Source: Escherichia virus TH34
Sequence record: MT446407.1
Reading direction: 5' to 3' (one strand)
Length of the DNA stretch: 64,000 nt
Part shown: positions 1 to 9,861 of the stretch, piece by piece
Numbering within the stretch: the stretch's first letter is position 1
How the letters are laid out: each line of letters starts with the position of its first letter
Notes under the pieces: model-generated
The model's database searches: none
The model's input: only the letters and a program-made list of their open reading frames with translations
Told to the model about the DNA's origin: nothing
Made by a program: the position numbers and the translations under genes

Positions 1-37
1 ACTAAAGCACCACCAGGTCTCCCAATACCAAAATCAC

Positions 38-1795
38 CTACCTTAAGAACGTTTCACTATTTGTTCCAGTGTTCATTGTGGCTGAGTTGCCTAATCCAAG
101 ATTAGTTCTTGCTCCAGCTGCATTAGTTGCACCTGTACCACCACTAGCAACAGGGACGTTATTTAGTGTAGAGATGTTCCCTAATCCAAGATTAGTTCTT
201 GCTCCAGCTGCATTAGTTGCACCTGTACCACCACTAGCAACAGGGACGTTATTTAGTGTAGAGATGTTCCCTAATCCAAGATTAGTTCTTGCTCCAGCTG
301 CATTAGTTGCACCTGTACCACCCTGAGAAACAGAGAGAGCAGTCGTAAGTCCTGTAATAGAGGTTATGTCTGAGTTTGCACCAGAAGAAGCAGCTCCTAG
401 AGTAGTTCTAGAAATAGTAACATTACCTGTAGCTTCATCAGGAGCTTGATTGTTAACAGTAACCACATAAGGTTTCTGAGATTGAACAGACCCGTCATAT
501 TGAGAATCTTTGTCAGCGTCTGGAGCACGAATAGCTTCCCCACCAGTCCAATCTGGAAGTCGGATCCTGATGAAGTTGCTAGAGTCTGCATCAGTAAAAC
601 CATCAGCCAGTTTACCCCAAGAGAAATACTGCTTAGCACCGGACTGCCATTCAGTTTCACTAACTACTGGTAATTGGCCACTGACCAAAGATGGACCTAA
701 ATCTAAAGCACTTTCCTTAGAAACCAAGCGACCATCAGCAGGTAGTACACCGGGGTAAGAGATATTCTTAGCTGGGTCATATGGGAACATAACCATCTCA
801 CCGAGATACAAAGAAGGGTTCCCTGTAGGAATAGTAATATCAATGTTGCCAGATGAGTCAGGAGGTCGTGAGTTAACTGTAATAATACGACCTTCGGTTT
901 TAGCTGGAATTAGTGTTTTATTAGCTGAAACGGTGTAGAAAACATATTGAGTGTTTTCCCAAACCATAACAGATTCGCCTGTTTGACGATATTGAGCATT
1001 TGCATCAGCATCAGCTTTAGTTTGATATATTTTAATAGGTTTATCGAATTTGTCATTAATCTCTTGACGACTATATTGAGCAACGTTCAGAACGTTACCT
1101 AGGCCAACAACGTTCTTATCAAGAGTAAGGGCTACATCTCCAGTTTGTTCTGGACCATCATTAACTTTGATAGAACGAACAGAAGGGATTAAGTTAGCGA
1201 TATTACTGAGGCTGGTTTTATACACTTTGTTGTCATCAGGGTCAACATAAAAACCAATATCCCCTGCTTCTGGAACCCCCGTTGGGGCAGTGTTTAAGTC
1301 GGTTACAGAACCATCACGACCCGGCTCACCTTCAGGAATACCTAGCTTGATTTCACCAGTTTGGTTATTGAAAGAACCAGTAGCTTCAGAACCCGGAGGA
1401 AGAGTGGTCACTGTAACTTTCATAGCCAACAGGATATCAAGTTGCTGATCGACTTCAATCAGTTTTTGGTTAATCAAAGCAATAGAGTTGTTAGCATTAG
1501 CAACAGCTGCGTTAGTCTGTGCAATCAGTTGCATCAGTCGAGCATCTTGATCTTTAAAGTCCTGTTTCAGATCTTCAATATCTTGCTGTAATAGAATACC
1601 TTGCTTATAAAGTTTCTCTACTTCAGCAACAAGATCATCAACTGTACCAAACTTAGACTCAGCTAAAAGTGCCCAATATTTAGAATCAGCAGCATACTCA
1701 GCTGCTTGTTTATAGGCTCCGATAGAGCCTTCTGTTGCACCAAATTGGCCTACATTATTTACTGTAGTAGGTTCTTGGTTGTTATAAACGATCAT
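38..1795 (-). CDS. tail fibre / tail spike-like protein
   Basis: 585-aa ORF; heptad-rich coiled-coil N-terminus; Gly/Thr/Asn-rich C-terminus with 2.6 tandem copies of GGTGATNAAGARTNLGLGNISTLNNVPVAS; sits in structural block. Confidence 0.55.
   Translation of the reverse strand: MIVYNNQEPTTVNNVGQFGATEGSIGAYKQAAEYAADSKYWALLAESKFGTVDDLVAEVEKLYKQGILLQQDIEDLKQDFKDQDARLMQLIAQTNAAVANANNSIALINQKLIEVDQQLDILLAMKVTVTTLPPGSEATGSFNNQTGEIKLGIPEGEPGRDGSVTDLNTAPTGVPEAGDIGFYVDPDDNKVYKTSLSNIANLIPSVRSIKVNDGPEQTGDVALTLDKNVVGLGNVLNVAQYSRQEINDKFDKPIKIYQTKADADANAQYRQTGESVMVWENTQYVFYTVSANKTLIPAKTEGRIITVNSRPPDSSGNIDITIPTGNPSLYLGEMVMFPYDPAKNISYPGVLPADGRLVSKESALDLGPSLVSGQLPVVSETEWQSGAKQYFSWGKLADGFTDADSSNFIRIRLPDWTGGEAIRAPDADKDSQYDGSVQSQKPYVVTVNNQAPDEATGNVTISRTTLGAASSGANSDITSITGLTTALSVSQGGTGATNAAGARTNLGLGNISTLNNVPVASGGTGATNAAGARTNLGLGNISTLNNVPVASGGTGATNAAGARTNLGLGNSATMNTGTNSETFLR
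86..322. repeat. in-frame 90-bp tandem repeat, about 2.6 copies, inside the tail fibre gene
   Basis: near-identical units starting at about 90, 180 and 270 (cctaatccaagattagttcttgctccagctgcattagttgcacctgtaccacc...). Confidence 0.85.
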
Positions 1796-1804
1796 ATGTT
1801 CTCC

Positions 1805-2551
1805 TTATCTGTATCTACGAATGCCGTACACTTCTCGTGAGCTATTAAGACGGCTAATAGTATTAGGGATTACTAGAGGGGAACCTGAGTATTCTGCTTT
1901 CTTACTCTGCTCCACAATCTCGTCAAGGATTGCTTTACCAAGTGCTGACCACTTTTGAACTCCATTATCATCTTGAACGAATAAAGAAGCATGACGCAGA
2001 GTAAAATATAGAAGCAGCTCAGGAGCAATAGTTAGAATAGCACTGGTATCTTCATCAGAGTGGAACTCCGGTGGGTCTGCATAATAACTTAAAACTACAG
2101 CATTCTCAGCAGGGATTTCAGGTGCTCCATCATCAGGATAAACAGGAGTATCTGCATCAATTAGAGGGTAGAACATAAACCGACTACCTAAACGAGCAAA
2201 AACAACTTCCCCTTGATTCCAATTGGATGGGTTGACTGAGTTATTTCTCTTCAACCAGTCAAGTTCTTCAGGAGAGGTTACTCTGAACATCATTCCATTT
2301 GAAGCTCTCATAATCCACTGTGCTTCTAAAAAGTCAGGAGGGATAAAAGCAATACCATCCTTGATATCTAAATATACTTCTTTTTCCAGAGGAGGGATTC
2401 GTAAGTTACGATAGATTTCTTTCTCTGCAAAGTTAATAAAGTTTGGAATCTGATTAACAAATTCATCATCATCCCTATCGGCCCAGAGCGACACAGCCTT
2501 TTTAAGCCAGCCATAGGTATTGATAGGGTAAGCCACTTCAGGCATCGCCAT
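1805..2551 (-). CDS. hypothetical virion protein (position suggests head-tail joining or tail component)
   Basis: 248-aa ORF between tail fibre and capsid genes; no recognisable motif. Confidence 0.4.
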   Translation of the reverse strand: MAMPEVAYPINTYGWLKKAVSLWADRDDDEFVNQIPNFINFAEKEIYRNLRIPPLEKEVYLDIKDGIAFIPPDFLEAQWIMRASNGMMFRVTSPEELDWLKRNNSVNPSNWNQGEVVFARLGSRFMFYPLIDADTPVYPDDGAPEIPAENAVVLSYYADPPEFHSDEDTSAILTIAPELLLYFTLRHASLFVQDDNGVQKWSALGKAILDEIVEQSKKAEYSGSPLVIPNTISRLNSSREVYGIRRYR

Positions 2552-2611
2552 AATTGTGTCCTCCTAGTTGTGTATAGACAAAGAGAATACATTACACTTG
2601 GTCGTGTATAG

Positions 2612-2645
2612 GTCTTAAAGCAAGAAAAGCCGCCCGAAGGCAGCT
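2612..2645 (-). terminator. rho-independent terminator after the capsid/Ig gene (minus strand)
   Basis: minus-strand hairpin gctgcc-ttcg-ggcggc followed by ttttcttgcttt. Confidence 0.5.
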
Positions 2646-2855
2646 TAGGTTTATGCACCAGACTTGACAATATAAGTACGGAATATTGCGGAGGCTGGGT
2701 TAGTTCTGATTGAGATTTTAGTATCTTCACTGGTAATCGGAGCTGATAAAGTGATTGTCAACACCTGACCTGTTAAATCAACTTCCATCAAACCTACATC
2801 AGTGCCTTCTGTGTCATAAGTCAAAGCACCAACTACCGAACCCTGAGGTACACCA

Positions 2856-3515
2856 TCAAAAACGGACTACACCCGGTTGAGTGGAGTCAGTGATTGTGAT
2901 AGAGTCTGTAGCAAGAGGGTTCTCTGGAGCACCTACGACCACAGTGTTAGAAACAGTAGAAGCAACAAGGCCCGTAAGTTTCGGAGTAGCTGTGATTGTA
3001 GTGGTTGCTGTTACAGAAGTTTGAGTTTTATGAGTTGCTTTAACTGTAACTGTACCAGATGTGTTATCACCTAGGGTAAAAACTCCTGATGGGTTAAAAG
3101 ACCCCGCTGATGGAGGAGTTATCAAAAACTCATAATCAGAGAACGTTGAGTTAGTTGCTGTAAACATTGTGGTGAACGCTGTAGTGCTACCACCGATCTT
3201 ACCGGTGATTGGACCTCTTGTTACAATAGTAGCGGGCTCAAAAACAGATTGGACTGTAGCAGTACCTGTCTTACCACCTTTAGTTGCCGTAATAGTTGCT
3301 GGGGTTTCTTGCGACGCACTCGGTGCAGTATATAGCCCAGAAACAGAAACAGCCCCACCGCCTTCAACGGACCAACTAAATCCGGTTGTGCTTGTGGAGC
3401 CGTCGCTCATTTCTGCTGTAGCTGTAAACTGCTGAGTAGCCCCCGTCGGAAGGCTTGCAACCGACGAAGGACTAACAGTTACGGTATCTACTGTTACGCC
3501 GCCACTACCTTTCCC
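2856..3515 (-). CDS. Ig-like (BIG2-type) C-terminal extension of the major capsid protein, probably made by -1 frameshift
   Basis: about 220 aa Thr/Ser/Gly-rich with Ig-like repeats; reading frame is -1 relative to the capsid ORF and overlaps its 3' end; first in-frame ATG lies inside the capsid gene. Confidence 0.5.
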   Translation of the reverse strand, partial: GKGSGGVTVDTVTVSPSSVASLPTGATQQFTATAEMSDGSTSTTGFSWSVEGGGAVSVSGLYTAPSASQETPATITATKGGKTGTATVQSVFEPATIVTRGPITGKIGGSTTAFTTMFTATNSTFSDYEFLITPPSAGSFNPSGVFTLGDNTSGTVTVKATHKTQTSVTATTTITATPKLTGLVASTVSNTVVVGAPENPLATDSITITDSTQPGVVRF

Positions 3516-4555
3516 GCAGCAGTGAACAGAACACCGGAAGCGTATGGGTTGCGGTGACGCAGACCAACTTCCATTTCGATCATCCACTTCTCGTAAGAAC
3601 CGTCTTTAGCCAGTTCAGTACGCTTCGGTGCACGAAGAACCATCTGAGTCCAATCAGAGCTACGGAAGAAGTAAACTGCATCAGTAGGCATCCAACGGTT
3701 AACGATGATTTTATAGCTCTGACCCAGCGGGTCGGTGATGCTATTAACTTCGTAGATGAATTGTTTAGTGTTCTCAAAGATACGCTGACGAGAACCAACA
3801 GAGTTTTCCTGAAGCTTAGCGAAAACGCTAGCGTGAGCAGGGTTAATCATGATGATATCAGCTTCAGAACCTGCGGTATACAGCTGAAGAGTCATATCAA
3901 AGATATCTGCTTCATCAAAGCCTACGTTAGTGGTAGGGTTAGATGCGTTCTGTGCAACTTTAACAGTTACTGCACCGGTATCCGGGTCAGCAGGACCGTT
4001 CTTAGTCTTATCAACAACGCTACCAGACAGACCGCCATGAGCACACAGGAACTGGAAAGCACCAGTCTTACGAGCTGCATGAGTATCATTCAGACCAGCC
4101 AGAGCAGGATCAGCTGCTGAGTTAGTTAGATACTGGTCAGCCAGAACGTCGGTACGAGCCTGACCGGACAGCAAGATTTTCTCGAGGTCACGTTTAATCT
4201 CTTTACCTTTCTTCTCCAGCTGATACATCAGTTCACGACCACGACCGTAGTTAGCGGTGGTGTTAGCAGTATCAGAAACACGAACTACTTTACGCAGGAT
4301 CTGAGTTACGTTAGATTTGATAACAGTCGGTTGCATTTCACCGTCATCAGCGCGAGAGCCTTCAACGTGTGCGTTGTTAGCATCAACACTTGCCAGTGCA
4401 TCGGTCTGCCAGCTGAAAATAGTCTGGTTGATAGACTCTTTACCAGTCATAGACACAAACGGAGTATCTTGCGGAGAGAGGACAGAAATCCAGTTAGCAA
4501 AAGAAAGTTTTTTACCGTTCTGGTCGTAAGATACAAATAAAGTTGGATTTGCCAT
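3494..4555 (-). CDS. major capsid protein
   Basis: 353-aa ORF immediately downstream of the scaffold gene, upstream of the Ig-like extension and a terminator; strong RBS; assignment by position and size. Confidence 0.6.
   Translation of the reverse strand: MANPTLFVSYDQNGKKLSFANWISVLSPQDTPFVSMTGKESINQTIFSWQTDALASVDANNAHVEGSRADDGEMQPTVIKSNVTQILRKVVRVSDTANTTANYGRGRELMYQLEKKGKEIKRDLEKILLSGQARTDVLADQYLTNSAADPALAGLNDTHAARKTGAFQFLCAHGGLSGSVVDKTKNGPADPDTGAVTVKVAQNASNPTTNVGFDEADIFDMTLQLYTAGSEADIIMINPAHASVFAKLQENSVGSRQRIFENTKQFIYEVNSITDPLGQSYKIIVNRWMPTDAVYFFRSSDWTQMVLRAPKRTELAKDGSYEKWMIEMEVGLRHRNPYASGVLFTAAGKVVAA
3509..3515 (-). other. candidate -1 slippery heptamer G_GGA_AAG (minus-strand sense)
   Basis: capsid frame reads gcG GGA AAG gta gtg gcg gcg TAA; -1 frame reads GGG AAA GGT AGT GGC ... 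continuing into the Ig-like ORF. Confidence 0.5.
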
Positions 4556-4595
4556 GTTATGTTAGCTCCTATACTATTTAAAAATAATTTGTCGA

Positions 4596-5675
4596 TTAAT
4601 CTACGAGATACTTAAATGCATCTTCGTGACGAATGCGACCCTCTGAAAATGCCTTGGCAACCTTAGCGTTGTCTGGCGTATTGGAAGTACGAGACTTAGA
4701 AGAGTCGGACTTCACAACCTTACGTGGAGAACCCGGACGTTTAATCTTAGCCATTACCTGTTGCTTACCTTTATCAAATTGGTATGCTTTATGCAAAGCT
4801 AGGAAAATAGACGGACGATTCTCTTTCAAGACTTCTTCTTCTGTAGCACCGAGATCAATTGCATATTGCATCAGATTCTGATAAACACTGTCATCCCAAT
4901 TAGGAATTTCACGTTTCAATACATTAACACATTCGGTACATTTAGCTTGGAAGGCTTGCTGTTCTTTTGCTGCTGCATCTTGCTTGATCTTAACTTGCGC
5001 TTGTTCAAGCTGCTGACGACGAGCAGTGTACTTCTCTAAAAAGCGTTTGTTTTCAACATAGGCTTGTGGATCTTCAACTGCTAGCTTGTCCCAATCAAAA
5101 CCGTTATAATCTTCAATTACTCGGTCTGCTTCTAAGGACGCTAATTCTAATACATCCGCTAAACCACCTACACGCTCTTCAAAAGCTTCAACATGACGCT
5201 GAAGAACAGCTTCCCGTTCAGTCATATCGGAGCCAGTAACATAGCCATTTGATAACTCTTCAATAGTCATCTCACGACCATCAGGAAGGGTGATAACAGT
5301 TTCATAATCTACGTCGAAAGCATCACCTTCTTCGTATTCACTGTCAGTAGAATCATCGTGATCTACATCACTTGGTTCTTCATCTTCAACAACTTCATCA
5401 GAGTCGTCGTCTGAATCACCTTCATCGTCTTCTCCTTCCTCTTCTGAATCATCCCATCCTTCTTCATCTTCGAACGTGAGTTCATCACCCTTACCAAGAA
5501 GGTCGGAATCAAAGTCAAAGTTATCTCCAGTATCTTCTGGAAACTCACTGTCAATGTCCACTTCTGGTTCTTGTTCAGATTCTAATCGACTTAGGTCTTC
5601 TTTAAAAGATCCTTTCAAGTCATCAAGTTGGAGGAATGATTTAAAATCGTTTGGGTCTAAAAATTCATTTGCCAT
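4596..5675 (-). CDS. scaffolding protein
   Basis: 359 aa; highly acidic D/E-rich central part and helical C-terminus; located between portal and capsid genes. Confidence 0.55.
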   Translation of the reverse strand: MANEFLDPNDFKSFLQLDDLKGSFKEDLSRLESEQEPEVDIDSEFPEDTGDNFDFDSDLLGKGDELTFEDEEGWDDSEEEGEDDEGDSDDDSDEVVEDEEPSDVDHDDSTDSEYEEGDAFDVDYETVITLPDGREMTIEELSNGYVTGSDMTEREAVLQRHVEAFEERVGGLADVLELASLEADRVIEDYNGFDWDKLAVEDPQAYVENKRFLEKYTARRQQLEQAQVKIKQDAAAKEQQAFQAKCTECVNVLKREIPNWDDSVYQNLMQYAIDLGATEEEVLKENRPSIFLALHKAYQFDKGKQQVMAKIKRPGSPRKVVKSDSSKSRTSNTPDNAKVAKAFSEGRIRHEDAFKYLVD

Positions 5676-5911
5676 TAGGAATTATCTCCTGCACTATTGA
5701 TAGCAGCTTTTATGACCTCTTTTAAGCTACCAACCATTTTATACTTTTGATAACACTCTTCGCGTTTCTTTGACTCATGCACATCAGTTAAAACTATGTC
5801 TTTCATGAGGGTTTCTTTTAATGCCTCTAATGCTGCGTCAAGAATGCCGTTATGATTGAGAGCCGCCAAAGCGGCGGCATGCTCTTTATTGAATTGTTGT
5901 CTAGTATTCAT
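5675..5911 (-). CDS. hypothetical small protein
   Basis: 78-aa ORF between portal and scaffold genes. Confidence 0.35.
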   Translation of the reverse strand: MNTRQQFNKEHAAALAALNHNGILDAALEALKETLMKDIVLTDVHESKKREECYQKYKMVGSLKEVIKAAINSAGDNS

Positions 5912-5920
5912 TTAGTGTCC

Positions 5921-8164
5921 TTATTTTCTACTACCAAGCTTTCTATTAGGAATCCTAGAATCTTTGAGAGAACTCTGTTGTTCTTTCTTAGTTTCATTTG
6001 CTTCTTTCTTTTGGAGTTCCAAAGTCTTATCTTGAATTTTAGCTTGCTGGTCTACCTTCTCAAGATCAACCTGATGATTCATGGTCATCTGGAGTTCTTT
6101 CAGTATAGATTCATATTGACGAACCTGTTGCTGAAGGAGAGAAAGCTTATGCTTAGCTTGTTCAAGAGTAGCTGAGTTATCTTCCTTACGATTTTCGAGA
6201 GTCATCTGATCAGCAGCATTCTCTTGCTTGAATTGCAATTCTTCTTGACGCAAGCTGAACTCGTCCGCAGCTTTCTGCTGTTCAAACGTAGTACGTTCAC
6301 GCTGGTCGAATGCATCAGCAATCATCTTCTGAGAAGAAGCCTGTACGTTCTCAACCTGAGCTTTAGTCATCTCGAGCTGGAGGATTTCCATCGGAGAAGG
6401 CTGAGGAGGTTGATACTGTTCAAGAGGCATAAGATATTTATGAGTGTCTTTAATACCCATCAACTCAAAGATCTGTGCAGTCATATAACGATCTTGCTCC
6501 AGAGTAAAGAGAGGTGCAAGCTGAGCATCAGCAGCAATCAATTGCTTCAGGCTAATCAGTTTCTGTGCACGTTCTGATTTCTCAGTAGGAGAGATAGCTA
6601 CAACAACTTGTAAATTATGACGAGCTGGTAATTGTTTAGGATTTACTTCAACCATACCACGAGGGGTTTGAACCTGTAAAGGAACTTCACCATTTTCTCT
6701 GATAAGGTTGTAAATACCACGCATTAATTCAACCATACCATTATGAGCAATGTTACGACAAACCATACGGAGACGGTTCTGTGCAGCATTCATCATTAGA
6801 CCTACGGTTGCATATGCGTTATCATTCTTAAATACATCAGGGTTAATACCCATACCAAGTTTAGTAACACCTGTACGAGTTTCTTTCAACTCTTCAGACA
6901 TTCCTAACAGACCATCAATACCTTGAGGTAGATTGTGGTAAGGGAAGAGATCAATCGCATCCTGACGCTCCATTTCAACTACACCACCCGGACGGTTGTC
7001 TAGTAAAGAACGACGGTCATAGGCTCCTACAATGGCTTTATATCGACCATAGTTTGCGTTGTTAACGTTATCAATGTAACCACGGACAAGTGCTGTACGT
7101 AGGTCTTGAATATCTTTAGTAATGTCATACACGGATTGACCATAGAAGGAACCCGGAATAGGATAAGGACAGAAAGTAACAAACGGAATGCTAGTTACTT
7201 CTTCACAAGAGAGAATATGCTCACCTGCTTGGATTACTTGATAGAGTTTAGATTCTTTGTTATTATCCAATACACCTGTACGGATGTAATGTTCATAAAC
7301 CCAAACCATGCAAGCCACATCTTCAGTGTCCACACCAATGTCTGCATCAATGTCCTGTCTCCAGTCAGTACGTGACCAAGCAACTGTAGACTGAGTGGTG
7401 TCCATTGTATCAGTCCAGTCGTTAAACGCTTCGATCTCGTCTTTAGGGAAGCCCATTGCTAATAAATCATCTTTAGATTTACGTGTGCGATGACAGAAAT
7501 ACTGAGCATCTGCAAAAGAGGTAGCATGTTCGTCAACAAAGATTTGCTCTGAAGGAACATATTCTACTTTAACACGTTTTACTGTTTGTTTGTAAGTTAC
7601 TTTAACATCCACTGTTCCATCATCGTTTTCAGTGGTAAAGATTTCTAAATCTTGAAGTCCACCTGCTTCCATACCTTGTACGTATGCAGCCAAAGCTTCT
7701 GGAGGTACGCCCTCAGCCTCTTCTGTTTGGGTAGAGGTTTGTTCATCCCAATAGTATTTGATAAAAGAGTTACGTGTAACCAGACATTCCTGAGCCGCTG
7801 AGGAAATGATGTTATATCCCGGATTATCACGAAGCAAGATTTGGTTTACAAGCTTAGTTGCTACATCAGCTGCATCCGAATCTGCTTGGTTGTCCGCAAC
7901 AAACGTCACCGCTTCATCGCCTGAACAGAATACGTTAATGATATCTTGGAGAGTTCCGTTAACAGACTCCCATACTGTACGATCTACCCAACTAGAGCTT
8001 CCAGCAGTTACTGGAGCTGGTAAGTTTCCGTAGAAATATTCCCATGCTTCACGAGAATAACCTTTTACAGCGATGTCTACATAACCCTGTGCATAATTGA
8101 ATCGACGTTGAAGGTCAACGCGTAATTCATCCAAAATATCTTCACTAAATTTCTTCTTAGCCAT
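5921..8164 (-). CDS. portal protein with long C-terminal helical (barrel-like) extension
   Basis: 747 aa; directly downstream of large terminase; C-terminal about 150 aa Q/E/K-rich coiled coil as in P22-type portals. Confidence 0.65.
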   Translation of the reverse strand: MAKKKFSEDILDELRVDLQRRFNYAQGYVDIAVKGYSREAWEYFYGNLPAPVTAGSSSWVDRTVWESVNGTLQDIINVFCSGDEAVTFVADNQADSDAADVATKLVNQILLRDNPGYNIISSAAQECLVTRNSFIKYYWDEQTSTQTEEAEGVPPEALAAYVQGMEAGGLQDLEIFTTENDDGTVDVKVTYKQTVKRVKVEYVPSEQIFVDEHATSFADAQYFCHRTRKSKDDLLAMGFPKDEIEAFNDWTDTMDTTQSTVAWSRTDWRQDIDADIGVDTEDVACMVWVYEHYIRTGVLDNNKESKLYQVIQAGEHILSCEEVTSIPFVTFCPYPIPGSFYGQSVYDITKDIQDLRTALVRGYIDNVNNANYGRYKAIVGAYDRRSLLDNRPGGVVEMERQDAIDLFPYHNLPQGIDGLLGMSEELKETRTGVTKLGMGINPDVFKNDNAYATVGLMMNAAQNRLRMVCRNIAHNGMVELMRGIYNLIRENGEVPLQVQTPRGMVEVNPKQLPARHNLQVVVAISPTEKSERAQKLISLKQLIAADAQLAPLFTLEQDRYMTAQIFELMGIKDTHKYLMPLEQYQPPQPSPMEILQLEMTKAQVENVQASSQKMIADAFDQRERTTFEQQKAADEFSLRQEELQFKQENAADQMTLENRKEDNSATLEQAKHKLSLLQQQVRQYESILKELQMTMNHQVDLEKVDQQAKIQDKTLELQKKEANETKKEQQSSLKDSRIPNRKLGSRK

Positions 8165-8231
8165 CTAATCTCTCCCTCGGTTGATAGCTTGGAGTAAACT
8201 ACTAAAGGGAGGACTAGCCTCCCCACTATAT

Positions 8232-9773
8232 TTAGTAGCTTTGATTCCATCTGTTAATATTTTCTTGATAAAGCGACGAGCTACCATAGCTAGCGTCATG
8301 CTTAGACCGACCTCTGTGTGTAACAGAACAAGCTGAATATCGCATTGCGTCCATAAGGTCATCGTGTTCTTTAATAATCTTCCCAACTTTTCGATGGTAA
8401 CGTGCTTTCTCTTCAAAGAGCTTAGCACATGCGGTAGTATTAAAGACTTTGAATCGACCTGACATCATACGCTCACGAATATCAGTAATTCCTGGCTCCA
8501 CAAAGAAGTTCTTCTTACTATCCATTCCGATCTTGTTGTGGAAGGTATCATTTTGTACGTTTACTCCTGCATTTTTATAGAATTGTGCTACAGAAGCACC
8601 ACTTCCCTTCTCAATGTTATCAGCATCGTGAGGAAGAATGACTGGAATCCACTGACCACGACCATTAATAGCTGGTGCATGATACACTGGAGTAAAGCCA
8701 CTTTCTTTATAGCAGTCATAAATGTAGATTGTATCGGTGTTAGCATCATAAGCTGACCATACAGCTGCCGTCGGGTGATCAATACCAATATCAATGGCAC
8801 AAACACGTTTCCACGTATCAGGAATTTCAAACGGGTCACACTTAATTGAATCATCAGATACATCGTAAATCAAACCTGAACCCAACAGAGGCATACCTTT
8901 AGAGCGCATCTCTAGCTGCCATGCCGGAATACCTTCTGTCATATCCTTTATATCTTGGTCAGAGATGTGACCACCTAGGTCCACATGAGCATCCCACCAA
9001 GAAGCATTTTGGAAATACAGAGAACCTGTGTTCTCGTCCCCTTCACCTTTCATAAACTTGTCCACCAGCTCTGTTAATCCGTTCTCTGGTGTAGCTGTAA
9101 TCGTAACTAAACCTTTAGTAGTAAGTGTACGTGTTACGCACTGAGAGAAGATTGCCATACTTTCATAAGGATCTTCTTCGTCCAGCCAAATGTAATCCAC
9201 TGTAGCACCCATTAATGTGTGTTCACCCTGTTGGGTAGAACGAAACTCTAACGTACTCAGCCCATCAAATTCGCCTCTAGCATTTTGGTGCTTGATTTGT
9301 ACGATCTGTAATTTGTTTCCATCTCGTTCTATCGTGTCAATGACGATAGCGTCACGAGGAATAACACCCGTCCCTAATAAGTTTGTATCCTTTCCGATAG
9401 GTGTTCCAAATAATTCCTTTTGCAATACCTTTCTTGTAGAGTCCCCTGTAATCCCTACTGCCCAAGCCAATATGGGTCGATTAAATCTATATCCTGTCCA
9501 CCAAGTTGGGTAGCGACCTGTGACATGACAAGCAAACTCGTATGCCTCGCTGTAAGATTTACCAACACGGTTAGCTGCACACAGGAATCTAAAGCGATGC
9601 TTCAGTCCCGCTGCATAAAAGTCTTTCTGAAACTGGTATGCTTTAAAAGAAAGAATCCTATTATACTTTCTCCATTGATCTCTATCCTTCAGCATTTCAA
9701 GCAGAGCCTTCTTCTCCTCTACCGATAGCTTGTCTCCAGTTAGTGCTTCATATATTTCTTTATCTAATGACAT
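8232..9773 (-). CDS. terL: terminase large subunit
   Basis: 513 aa; Walker-A-like LCAANRVGKS near N-terminus; acidic residues consistent with a C-terminal nuclease domain; position upstream of portal. Confidence 0.8.
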   Translation of the reverse strand: MSLDKEIYEALTGDKLSVEEKKALLEMLKDRDQWRKYNRILSFKAYQFQKDFYAAGLKHRFRFLCAANRVGKSYSEAYEFACHVTGRYPTWWTGYRFNRPILAWAVGITGDSTRKVLQKELFGTPIGKDTNLLGTGVIPRDAIVIDTIERDGNKLQIVQIKHQNARGEFDGLSTLEFRSTQQGEHTLMGATVDYIWLDEEDPYESMAIFSQCVTRTLTTKGLVTITATPENGLTELVDKFMKGEGDENTGSLYFQNASWWDAHVDLGGHISDQDIKDMTEGIPAWQLEMRSKGMPLLGSGLIYDVSDDSIKCDPFEIPDTWKRVCAIDIGIDHPTAAVWSAYDANTDTIYIYDCYKESGFTPVYHAPAINGRGQWIPVILPHDADNIEKGSGASVAQFYKNAGVNVQNDTFHNKIGMDSKKNFFVEPGITDIRERMMSGRFKVFNTTACAKLFEEKARYHRKVGKIIKEHDDLMDAMRYSACSVTHRGRSKHDASYGSSSLYQENINRWNQSY

Positions 9774-9861
9774 GTTTCCTCCAATTAAAATAGAAAAGGG
9801 AGAGATCCCTCGCGAAAAGAACCCTCCCCTCTATTTACAGAATATGCTATCCTGTCTTCCT

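Noticed and set aside
86-322. Possible CRISPR-like array or minisatellite
   Set aside because: Units are contiguous with no spacers, are in frame within a long ORF, and encode a repeated peptide.
69-326. 85-aa + strand ORF with internal repeats (MFIVAELPNPRLVLAPAALVAPVPP...)
   Set aside because: It is the antisense reading of the tail-fibre tandem repeat; its periodicity is a by-product of the 90-bp repeat and it has no RBS.
3554-4120. 188-aa + strand ORF
   Set aside because: Antisense to the major capsid gene; no RBS; the capsid ORF has far better coding character.
8165-8428. 87-aa minus-strand ORF overlapping the 3' end of terL
   Set aside because: Alternative frame inside the terminase gene; spurious.
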